A stretch of 58,512 nt of DNA from a virus (Duplodnaviria; Caudoviricetes): IMG/VR virus record IMGVR_UViG_3300044646_001108, positions 1-58,512 of that record; one strand, 5' to 3'. The translations under genes and the position numbers were made by a program. The notes below the pieces were generated by a model that saw nothing but the letters and a program-made list of their open reading frames with translations, was not told where the DNA came from and made no database searches. Shown here in pieces: positions 46,949-54,781 of the stretch. Numbering within the stretch: the first letter of the stretch is position 1; every line of letters starts with the position of its first letter.

Positions 46949-48394
46949 TTAGACCCAACCGGCAGCTACCGGGTGGTTGTGTACTGTTTTTGAGCGAATA
47001 GGGCTCATCTCGGACCTCATCTGGAGACACCCGTACTGAAGGGCGTCGTGTATGTGTGAAAACTTGTCCTTCACCGGACGGTCTTTGAACCGCGCAGAGC
47101 CAGAGACTCGAAGTCGCTCGTAGCGGTAGCCGCCGTTGAACCCTTTCCTCAGCATCTTGCAAGAGGGGTCCAGGACAAACCCAGGCTCTCCGCCGGACAT
47201 CCGCTGCAGGAAGTAAGCAACGGACTCGCGTCGAGCCACAAATTCATTGGTCGGAGCAGGCTCACAAAGGATGCCAAGCTCCATCAGTTCCTGCATGCAG
47301 GTCTTCTCATCGGTCTGGCTGCGCATGTTCCCAGCGGGGTCGCCAACAGCCTCGACGCGATGCTTCGAGTACTCGCCTCGGATCACAGGGCGTACAACTT
47401 CGGAGTAGAACTGCCGGATGCCCATGTCCTCGGAGACCAACTCTTTGAGGACCAACAGCTGTCCGCGACTGTTCATCTGCAGGAAGGCGCAGGCGGGGGT
47501 CAGACCGAAGTCAAACGACAGCAGGATCGGCATCCCCTGGATCGGCGTAATCGCCATCTCCGACAGGTGGACCCTTTCGTTCCACTCCGGATAGACGGGC
47601 TTGCCATCCATCGTGGTGCCGTACTGCCCCAGCAGGAAGACCCTGATCCAGTCTTCCGTCTTGCCGTACAGCTGGTTTAAGTAGTACTGATACCCGAGGC
47701 TGTGGTTCTGGATGTTCTCAGCCTGCGGGTTCGGCACGTACTGTTGGTACGTGGGCGACTTGGGGTCCATGTCCTGGATCAAACCACCTGGTTGTTTGAA
47801 GAACCGGAAGATTTCCGGGCGCTCTTCTTCAGCCAGCTTGTACCACCAGGAGTCATCGTCAGGCGGGTTGGTGTCCATGATCACACCAGTCCAGCTAGGA
47901 CCGCCGTTGCGCTTGGAGGGGAAGCGACCGACACGCTGAGTCAGCATGTCCAGAACCGCCTTCTCCATCTCGCTGGCTTCGTTCATCCAGCCGCCGGTCA
48001 ACTCCAAGGACCTCAGCTTGCCGACATCATCAGGGCGATCCAACGCCATGAAGATGACCTCAAGCTCAAGTCCCGTTCCGTCCCCGATGTCGGAGATGTT
48101 GATGTTCGACGTGATGGGTGTGTCCCACTTCATCGTCGCCAAGTCCTGATACCAATCCATCCACGTCTTGATCGTGGTCGACTTCAGTTCAGGGTATGTG
48201 TTTCTGCAGATCGCCCAGCGTGAGCGCCTCACACCATCAGGTCCAGGCATTTGCTCCAGGGCTCGGGACAGAACCTCGAAGCAGCATGCGGTCGACTTGC
48301 CCGATCCGACAGGACCCATCAGACCGCGCACGAACGAGTTGTCTTGATGGAAGGCTTCAGTTATCGGACCAGGGGCTTGGTAGTTGACGTTCAT
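46949..48394 (-). CDS. terL: Terminase large subunit
   Basis: GPVGSGKS Walker A, NEASE Walker B, DTNPP, DFGLTPA, HIHDALQY. Confidence 0.95.
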   Translation of the reverse strand: MNVNYQAPGPITEAFHQDNSFVRGLMGPVGSGKSTACCFEVLSRALEQMPGPDGVRRSRWAICRNTYPELKSTTIKTWMDWYQDLATMKWDTPITSNINISDIGDGTGLELEVIFMALDRPDDVGKLRSLELTGGWMNEASEMEKAVLDMLTQRVGRFPSKRNGGPSWTGVIMDTNPPDDDSWWYKLAEEERPEIFRFFKQPGGLIQDMDPKSPTYQQYVPNPQAENIQNHSLGYQYYLNQLYGKTEDWIRVFLLGQYGTTMDGKPVYPEWNERVHLSEMAITPIQGMPILLSFDFGLTPACAFLQMNSRGQLLVLKELVSEDMGIRQFYSEVVRPVIRGEYSKHRVEAVGDPAGNMRSQTDEKTCMQELMELGILCEPAPTNEFVARRESVAYFLQRMSGGEPGFVLDPSCKMLRKGFNGGYRYERLRVSGSARFKDRPVKDKFSHIHDALQYGCLQMRSEMSPIRSKTVHNHPVAAGWV

Positions 48395-48529
48395 CAGGGG
48401 GTATTACCTTCGGCGGTCTTCGACTGATCCGCTCAAGTTGTTGTGCAGCCCGCATCTGAGCGCAGGCTTGGATGATCCATTCAAAGACGTTCCCGTCGGT
48501 CTTGGGGTCGTAGACCGGGTACTTCGGGA

Positions 48530-48979
48530 TTACATCAACTGGACCTCGGCGGACCTGCGTCTGACGAGACCCGGAAGAACTTTCCCACCCCCACGGGTCC
48601 AAAGCATCAGCTGCTCCTTCGCCCCGTCCCAATCCTTCGCGACGATCTTTCGCTTCAGGGTGGACGTCTGCAGCCTCCCGACGCCCAGGTTGTAGGCGAA
48701 GTCCACTATCGCTGCCAGACGACCCGGCTTTTCTTGCAGCAGATTTGGGCATTGACGGAGGACTCCAGGAAGGTATGTGTGGTTCAGTTCGAACAGCAAC
48801 AGCTGTTCAGCGCGCTCCTTGCTCATTGGCGGATGCGTGAGTTCGACCTTGTTGCCGTTCTCGTAGTACGTGCTGCCGTACCCAATGGTCGGCACACCGG
48901 CTGGGCATAGGTACGGCTTTGACCGGAACCCCTCAAACAACTTGCAGAGGTCGGCAGCGATCTGCACCGCCTCCTGCAT
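48530..48979 (-). CDS. Lysozyme (GH24 endolysin)
   Basis: FEG...YLCPAGVPTIGYG...AYNLG...GLVRRRSAE. Confidence 0.92.
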   Translation of the reverse strand: MQEAVQIAADLCKLFEGFRSKPYLCPAGVPTIGYGSTYYENGNKVELTHPPMSKERAEQLLLFELNHTYLPGVLRQCPNLLQEKPGRLAAIVDFAYNLGVGRLQTSTLKRKIVAKDWDGAKEQLMLWTRGGGKVLPGLVRRRSAEVQLM

Positions 48980-49473
48980 CAGAGCCCTCGCTTGGCAAGG
49001 GTTCTGTCGAGGAACCAGTAGTTCAGGGTCCCAGAAACCAGCGCAGCAAAGTCTGCGCTCATTACCAGCTTGAAGACGTCAATCGGGTCCATGCCAACCC
49101 GGTAGCTCATCCAGGCGAACCAGAGATGAGCAAAAGACCAAATCGCAAGAATCCAGTAAGTAACCACCGGGCGGACGCTGGCGGACAGAGAAGCCACCCA
49201 TCCGCCTACCGCCTTCACCATCTCGGTCTGCTGGTTGATCGCCGCGTTGAAAGCAACCATCGCTCCAACATCGACTGCAGCCTCCCTGTGAGCGCCAATC
49301 TCGGCGAGCTTTTGGGCGCCCCTCTGGGCTTCAAGGTCACATTGACGCTGGAACATCAGCAACTCATGGGCGCGCTCGTTCTTCTTGTCCAGCCACTTCA
49401 GGATTTCTGGGGCAAGGCGGAACAACCCGCCAAAAATTGACCCCAAAAGACCACCACTCAATAGATCGACCAT
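48979..49473 (-). CDS. Putative holin
   Basis: ASVRPVVTY plus TM helices; YWFLDR; adjacent to the lysozyme. Confidence 0.65.
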   Translation of the reverse strand: MVDLLSGGLLGSIFGGLFRLAPEILKWLDKKNERAHELLMFQRQCDLEAQRGAQKLAEIGAHREAAVDVGAMVAFNAAINQQTEMVKAVGGWVASLSASVRPVVTYWILAIWSFAHLWFAWMSYRVGMDPIDVFKLVMSADFAALVSGTLNYWFLDRTLAKRGL

Positions 49474-49483
49474 CAACCCCCCC

Positions 49484-49747
49484 TTAATGCAGCTTGATCT
49501 GCTCAGCCGCGCGGTCGAACGACTCAATCAGCAGGGCTGCAAGCCGCTCCAAATCCTTGCCTGAACCCATTTCCCGCAGGTCTACATCGACTTCAAAGCG
49601 GTGAACGGCGCCATACAGGCTCACAAGACCGGAAATCGTGACCAGGAAGGGGGCAATCGCCTCAGCCTCTGGGCTTTTGTAGCCCACATCCACAAATTTC
49701 AGGGGCTCAAACTGCCTCAAGTAGCCCTCAAGCTCACGATCAACCAT
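49484..49747 (-). CDS. Hypothetical protein
   Basis: GGAGG RBS before ATG 49747. Confidence 0.55.
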   Translation of the reverse strand: MVDRELEGYLRQFEPLKFVDVGYKSPEAEAIAPFLVTISGLVSLYGAVHRFEVDVDLREMGSGKDLERLAALLIESFDRAAEQIKLH

Positions 49748-50030
49748 CCAACTCCTCCAATTTCTGCGCGCTTTAAGGCGGATATGCACAAAATTTTGCG
49801 AAAAACGAACATATACCCCCTCCCCAGGGGGTGTCTTGGTCCGCATGGGGCGCCAAAGTTATCGTCAGGCGATAAACCGGCTAACTTCGCTATAAAAAGG
49901 CGCCAAGTGCGTGTGAGGGTGGGTATGTGGTGGGTCCCAACCCCGCCGCCTCGCGCGCTCGCGGGTCCGCCGCGACTCCGCGCACGACAACGCGCGCGTT
50001 TACGCCCTGTCCGACAGCTGTTGCCGCTGT

Positions 50031-50708
50031 TCAGCCTGGAAGTAGAGGACCGGACTCAATGCCCGGTCGACTCCCCAGCACTGGCGCGGGGTTGCAGTCG
50101 ATTGTGGGCGGCTGACTGTGGGTAGAGCGGATGCCAATGTTGAAGATGACGTTCGTCTTGGCGGTGTCGCCCTGGTAATCGCCCCACTTCGTCGGCTTGA
50201 GCTTGCTTGCGACCCACTTGCGGGCGTCCACGCGCAGCCGTGCTGCCTGGATTTCCTCCATGCTGCCAGTGGCGGCTTCGTCGGCGATGTCGACGATCTC
50301 ATCAGCCAGGGAATCGGCGCGGTCGTCGTGTGCGCGCGCGTACCGCTCCCGGAAGTCCTTCCTTTCCCGTAACCACCGATAGACAGTGTCGAGCCCTCGA
50401 TGCTCCAGCCTGCAGTAGCTGCGCAGTGATCTCCCCTCTGCGATCCAGGCGCAGATGCGATCTGCCTCTTCGTCTGTGTATTCGCTTGGTCTGCCCATGA
50501 CAGCTGTTTGGGTGCTGTTCTCTCCCCCTACGCTTTGCACAGCTGTTGCCTGCTGTTGTGCCAGCTGTAGCTGCTCATGGGCGTTTTTCTCAGCCAGGGC
50601 GACTTCCTGCAGCGCCTGATCCCTTGCTGCGTCCTTTTGCTGGCGCTTCTTCTCTGCTGCCTTCTTCCTGGCAGCTTCGCGCTCTTCGCGCTCTTGCTCT
50701 TCGTTCAT
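50031..50708 (-). CDS. terS: Terminase small subunit (Sf6-like HTH)
   Basis: GRPSEYT...ICAWIAEGRSL...TVYRWL...ARLRVDARKWVASKLKP. Confidence 0.88.
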   Translation of the reverse strand: MNEEQEREEREAARKKAAEKKRQQKDAARDQALQEVALAEKNAHEQLQLAQQQATAVQSVGGENSTQTAVMGRPSEYTDEEADRICAWIAEGRSLRSYCRLEHRGLDTVYRWLRERKDFRERYARAHDDRADSLADEIVDIADEAATGSMEEIQAARLRVDARKWVASKLKPTKWGDYQGDTAKTNVIFNIGIRSTHSQPPTIDCNPAPVLGSRPGIESGPLLPG

Positions 50709-50932
50709 CTCAACTCTCCCGACTCTCTGCGCCCCCAATCGAAGCGGTTCCAGGCGCGCTCATGGACGAAGTACAGGATCGAGTTGACCACCAGGGCGAA
50801 GCTCACCACGCCCAAACCGACCTTCCAGCTTCCACTGGCAAGCCAGCCGCCGACGAAGTTCGTGATCGTGACAAGCACCCTCCAGGTGATCACCTTCAAC
50901 GCGCTACGGGGAATCCTCTCAGTGAATCTCAT
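50705..50932 (-). CDS. DUF2061-like membrane protein
   Basis: RSALKVITWR...YFVHERAWNR. Confidence 0.8.
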   Translation of the reverse strand: MRFTERIPRSALKVITWRVLVTITNFVGGWLASGSWKVGLGVVSFALVVNSILYFVHERAWNRFDWGRRESGELR

Positions 50933-52062
50933 GCCTGTCCTATCGTGTACCTCTTGGTGAACGCCTTGATGCCGTCTGGCATCCCTCGGCGCTCAATGAG
51001 CGAGCCCCCTGGCAGAACCTGGGCGAGGTAGGCAAGCCCACGGCACCAGTTGCTCATTGCCTTCGTGTGCTGAGGGTCGCGCCTGATCCAGGTGTCGAAC
51101 TCCGTGTTCCACATGGTGTCGCTCTTGTCCGCCTGATACCAGCCGTCGTCCCAGGTGCTGTAGACCACTGAGCGCAGAACCCGCTCATGCACCCGACGTA
51201 TGGTTCGAAAGCTCGGGCGCTCCCAGTGGCGCACCATCTCCGGGTTTTGCCTGAGCCAGCGGCGGATTACGTGTGCCTGCTTGCACAGCATCTCAACAGC
51301 TGTCGGCGACCAATAGAACGGCTCGGTCTCCACGTTGCTATGGTCCGCGTTCCACTCTCGGATCGTTGTGATGTTCACCCCACCGTCTGGGAACACCATC
51401 CAGAACTGCCCGTCTTCGATCCTTGTCTTGGGCTTGTCGATGCCAACGATCAGCGCTACTCGCTTCCCGCGCTCAAAGGTCCTCATCATCTCTGCCCAGT
51501 GCCAGTAGTCGTACCGGAACAGCTGCCCTGGGCTTAGGTGTTCGTTTCGCCGCAGCGCCCAGGTTGGGTCGTCCATCTCAGCAATGGAGTCCAGGACATG
51601 CTTGCTGGCATCCAGAACCGTGATCTTCGTTTTCGGCGCCCTGGTGGCAAGCTCTTGCAGCCTGGGCACCGCCTGCAGCGCATGCTCGGCGGCGAAGTTC
51701 CAAGGCGCAATCACCGAGCGATCAAGCACCGTCCAGCGCTGGGTTGCCTCGGTGAGGTGGTTGCAGACAACTTCGTCCAGGTGGATGCTGTTTCGAAGGA
51801 ACGTCTCCAGGACGTTGTGAGTGTCTGCGCCCCCGCTGTAGCTGAGGATCAGGTAGTCGTAGCTCTCTCGAAGCTGGCGGGCGCGCTTTGCGTACAGGTC
51901 ATCCAGGCTCTGCTCTGGCTCGACCGTCCAGTCGTAGGCGCCGAACACCTCATCGTGGAACCACCAGCCCACCTGCTGGTTGGTTGCCGCCCCGTAGAGC
52001 AGCGCGTCGACCTTTGAACTGAACCGGGCGTTGCCGACAACGTAGAAGCCTAAGGCGCTCAC
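50929..52062 (-). CDS. PP-loop (adenine nucleotide alpha-hydrolase) protein
   Basis: LSYSGGADT; GIDKP; paralog of 33966-35018. Confidence 0.75.
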   Translation of the reverse strand: MSALGFYVVGNARFSSKVDALLYGAATNQQVGWWFHDEVFGAYDWTVEPEQSLDDLYAKRARQLRESYDYLILSYSGGADTHNVLETFLRNSIHLDEVVCNHLTEATQRWTVLDRSVIAPWNFAAEHALQAVPRLQELATRAPKTKITVLDASKHVLDSIAEMDDPTWALRRNEHLSPGQLFRYDYWHWAEMMRTFERGKRVALIVGIDKPKTRIEDGQFWMVFPDGGVNITTIREWNADHSNVETEPFYWSPTAVEMLCKQAHVIRRWLRQNPEMVRHWERPSFRTIRRVHERVLRSVVYSTWDDGWYQADKSDTMWNTEFDTWIRRDPQHTKAMSNWCRGLAYLAQVLPGGSLIERRGMPDGIKAFTKRYTIGQA

Positions 52063-52063
52063 A

Positions 52064-52246
52064 TCAGCACTTTTTCGCCCTCTTGCTCACCATCCCGCCG
52101 TTCGCCATCTTGGCTGTCTTGGCGGCTTCCTTGAAGTTGGCGTCAGTCGGGGCGCCCTTCTCCCCTGGGCGACGCATGCGCTCACCGGAGCCCTTGGCGA
52201 TCCGCTCGCGCTTGGCGTTGATGTTCGCGTACAGCCCAGGCTTCAC
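52064..52246 (-). CDS. Small basic phage protein
   Basis: KPGLYANINAKRERI...GAPT...AKTAK, then MANGGMV. Confidence 0.65.
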   Translation of the reverse strand: MKPGLYANINAKRERIAKGSGERMRRPGEKGAPTDANFKEAAKTAKMANGGMVSKRAKKC

Positions 52247-52248
52247 TC

Positions 52249-52389
52249 TCAGCCGCCCTTCATGCACTTGCCAGCCTTGGCGCAGGCAGCGGCGTTCTTG
52301 CAGCCCGAGCAGGGCTTGAACTTGCCAATGGGACCGCCCTTTGCGTACCCCTTGACGGCTTTCACTGGGACCTTCACTGCTTTCTTCAT
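52249..52389 (-). CDS. Small basic Cys-containing protein (first late gene)
   Basis: AAGGAG RBS; YAKGG; CSGC...C...C. Confidence 0.55.
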   Translation of the reverse strand: MKKAVKVPVKAVKGYAKGGPIGKFKPCSGCKNAAACAKAGKCMKGG

Positions 52390-52448
52390 GGCTTCACTCC
52401 TTGTTTCACTCTTGATGTTGCAAAGAAACAACTGTTCGACATCTGTTG

Positions 52449-52464
52449 AATACCGTTTGGTATT
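52449..52464. promoter_or_regulatory. Repressor operator (copy 3)
   Basis: AATACCGTTTGGTATT overlapping the -35 box; a half site AATACCG lies at 52475. Confidence 0.78.
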
Positions 52465-52492
52465 GACATGCAGCAATACCGAACGATAAGAT
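52463..52492 (+). promoter_or_regulatory. Rightward sigma70 promoter
   Basis: TTGACA-18-TAAGAT. Confidence 0.7.
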
Positions 52493-52795
52493 TCGGGTGT
52501 CGGTGATGTTCTTTGTGTCTGTTGTCCCCGCCACCGACGCGACTGGGGACTGGGTTCCAGGCGACCGAGCAATGTCCTGGTAGGCGAGAGTCGGTTTGGT
52601 CCCGGCAAGACGCCAGAGACGGTGAGCTAACCCGACCGTAAAGAGCGCTCGACCAGCCCGCCGGAAATCCCACCGTCCCAGCCGATCTTCTGACCCGGCT
52701 GCAACAGGGTTTCAGACCTTGCCCACCGTGGTGGGTAAGTGCGGACGCCCTGTCCTACCGAGCGTTGGCGGTTCCCAGCGCATGAAAGGCTCTCA

Positions 52796-52894
52796 ATGCT
52801 TTCCTTCTTGCTGGTTCTGCTGTCCGTCTTTACGGCTTTGGTGCTGTTCAGCGCTGCTGCCGCCGCCCTCTGCCCCTCTTACGTCAAGGAGTGA
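52796..52894 (+). CDS. 32-aa hydrophobic peptide
   Basis: GAAAGG RBS; MLSFLLVLLSVFTALVLFSAAAAALCPSYVKE; below the ORF-track cutoff. Confidence 0.45.
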   Translation: MLSFLLVLLSVFTALVLFSAAAAALCPSYVKE

Positions 52895-52896
52895 AC

Positions 52897-53172
52897 ATGC
52901 GAAAGATCAAGTACTTCACCTGGGCTCAATTGCTCGCCGCGACCATCGCTGGCAACAAGATCGGCTTCAACCGCCAACTCAACCCCGACGGGGTCGCCAA
53001 GCTGGACGCTGACCAGAAGTACCCGGTGACCTTCTCGATGCTCCATGAGCATATCGCCGGGGAACTCGCCGAGCCCCACGTTCGCGCCGTCGTCGCTGTC
53101 GACCCCACTCATACGGTCACGCTCGACGTCGAGATGTCCCTGTTTAACGCCCTACCAACTGCGGAGATTTGA
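52897..53172 (+). CDS. Hypothetical early protein
   Basis: AAGGAG RBS. Confidence 0.6.
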   Translation: MRKIKYFTWAQLLAATIAGNKIGFNRQLNPDGVAKLDADQKYPVTFSMLHEHIAGELAEPHVRAVVAVDPTHTVTLDVEMSLFNALPTAEI

Positions 53173-53173
53173 C

Positions 53174-53374
53174 ATGGAATGCGTTGTCCACATTCGCGAG
53201 GTCTACGGTCGCCCGACCGTCTACCCCGTCAACGAAACCGCCAAGCTGCTCGCCCAGCTTGCTGGCACCAAGACCTTCACGCCCCAGGCGCTGGCGACCA
53301 TCGCCAACCTTGGCTACAGCGTGACGCTGTCCTCTGCTTACGCCGACCTGCAGGCGGCACTGGAGGCGCGATGA
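53174..53374 (+). CDS. Conserved small phage early protein
   Basis: VYGRPTVYPVNETAKLLAQLAGTKT...LGY. Confidence 0.65.
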   Translation: MECVVHIREVYGRPTVYPVNETAKLLAQLAGTKTFTPQALATIANLGYSVTLSSAYADLQAALEAR

Positions 53375-53523
53375 ACGCCGCCCAGACGATCACCCGCACT
53401 TTGCGTCGCCGCGAACGATACCGTTTGCTGCGCTTCCTTGTCGGACAGCTGTTTTCTGTCCTGCAGTTTTTTGCCGCCGCAGCGCTGATCTACGCGCTGC
53501 TGGTTCTTGGTCTCGCCCTTTGA
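53371..53523 (+). CDS. Small membrane protein
   Basis: GGAGG RBS; basic N-terminus plus TM helix. Confidence 0.5.
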   Translation: MNAAQTITRTLRRRERYRLLRFLVGQLFSVLQFFAAAALIYALLVLGLAL

Positions 53524-53535
53524 TTGGAGGTCATC

Positions 53536-54768
53536 ATGGAAATTCAGCATCTCTCGAAGCCGCAACTCAACGAAGTCCTGCGCCGGGTCACTGGCAAGGG
53601 GCGAGACATGGCTCGCAACTCCAAGGAGGATTACCTCGACGCCCTGGCGTCGTGTTCCGCCGAGTCGGTCACCAGCGCGGTCCAGTCCCTGGGGCTGATC
53701 GCTGGCTCCTGGGCGGTCCAGGCTGCTGCTCCAGCGCCAGCTGTTGAACAGCTGCCCGAGATCAAGCCGGTCCGGGTCGCAACCCTGGGTCAGATTTTCG
53801 GAGTCCGGGGCAAGCTCGCCTCGACCGAGATCGAGGTCTGGAATGACCCGGCTGCTCCGACCCTGGACCCGCTCTACAAGTTCGACATCGACGCCCTGCA
53901 CTCCGCTGCAGTCGCGATCAAGCGCGGACGCAACGTCTGGCTGGCTGGTCCCGCTGGCACTGGCAAGACCGAGTTCGTCAAGAACCTCTGCGCGGGTCTC
54001 GGTCGCGCCTTCATCCGGATCAGCTTCGACTCCGGCGCTGAGCGCTATGAGTTCATCGGCGGCGAGCGCGTCAAGAACGGCTCCACCGTCTACCAGGAAG
54101 GCGTCGTGCTTCGCGGCATGCAGCGCCCTGGCGCGGTGATCCTGCTCGATGAGGTCAGCTTCGCCCGCCCCGAGTACCTCTCAGCCCTCCACGCTCCCCT
54201 GGAGCCGGACGGCGCTGTTACGGTGCCCGAGACCGGGCAGGTGATTCGCAAGGCTCCCGGCGTCTGCTTCTTCGCTGCCGACAACTCGAACGGTCGCGGC
54301 GACTTCTCTGGCATGTACGTCGGCATTCGCGAGCAGAACGTCGCGTTCGTCAACCGCTTCGCCAAGACCCTGGTCTTCAGCTACCTGAAGCCCGAGCTTG
54401 AGTCGAAGGTGATTGCCGCGCGCTCTGGCTGCACCGTCGAGCTTGCGGAGGTGATCGTCAGCTTCCTCACCGTCTGCCGTCAGGCTGGCGATCAGGCTCA
54501 GCTTGATCACATTCCTACCCTGCGCGAGGCGTTCTACCTCGCCGAGGGTCTGACCGACGGTCAGGAGTACCGCAAGGCGTTCGAGGAGACGATGGTCAAC
54601 CGCGCCTCTCCCGAGTCTGCAGAGGTCCTGCAGCAACTCTGGAAGGCGAACGTCTCGGACGTTGCCATCGAACGGGCTCTCAACCCGCAGAAGTACAGCA
54701 ACGCCCCTGCTGCCGACCCCGGCTGGTCGAACATGACCAGCGACGGCGAAATGTCACTGGCTGCTTAA
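53536..54768 (+). CDS. MoxR/CobS-like AAA+ ATPase
   Basis: GPAGTGKT, LLDE, AADNSNGRGD, NRF. Confidence 0.88.
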   Translation: MEIQHLSKPQLNEVLRRVTGKGRDMARNSKEDYLDALASCSAESVTSAVQSLGLIAGSWAVQAAAPAPAVEQLPEIKPVRVATLGQIFGVRGKLASTEIEVWNDPAAPTLDPLYKFDIDALHSAAVAIKRGRNVWLAGPAGTGKTEFVKNLCAGLGRAFIRISFDSGAERYEFIGGERVKNGSTVYQEGVVLRGMQRPGAVILLDEVSFARPEYLSALHAPLEPDGAVTVPETGQVIRKAPGVCFFAADNSNGRGDFSGMYVGIREQNVAFVNRFAKTLVFSYLKPELESKVIAARSGCTVELAEVIVSFLTVCRQAGDQAQLDHIPTLREAFYLAEGLTDGQEYRKAFEETMVNRASPESAEVLQQLWKANVSDVAIERALNPQKYSNAPAADPGWSNMTSDGEMSLAA

Positions 54769-54781
54769 CCTGGAGGTCAAC

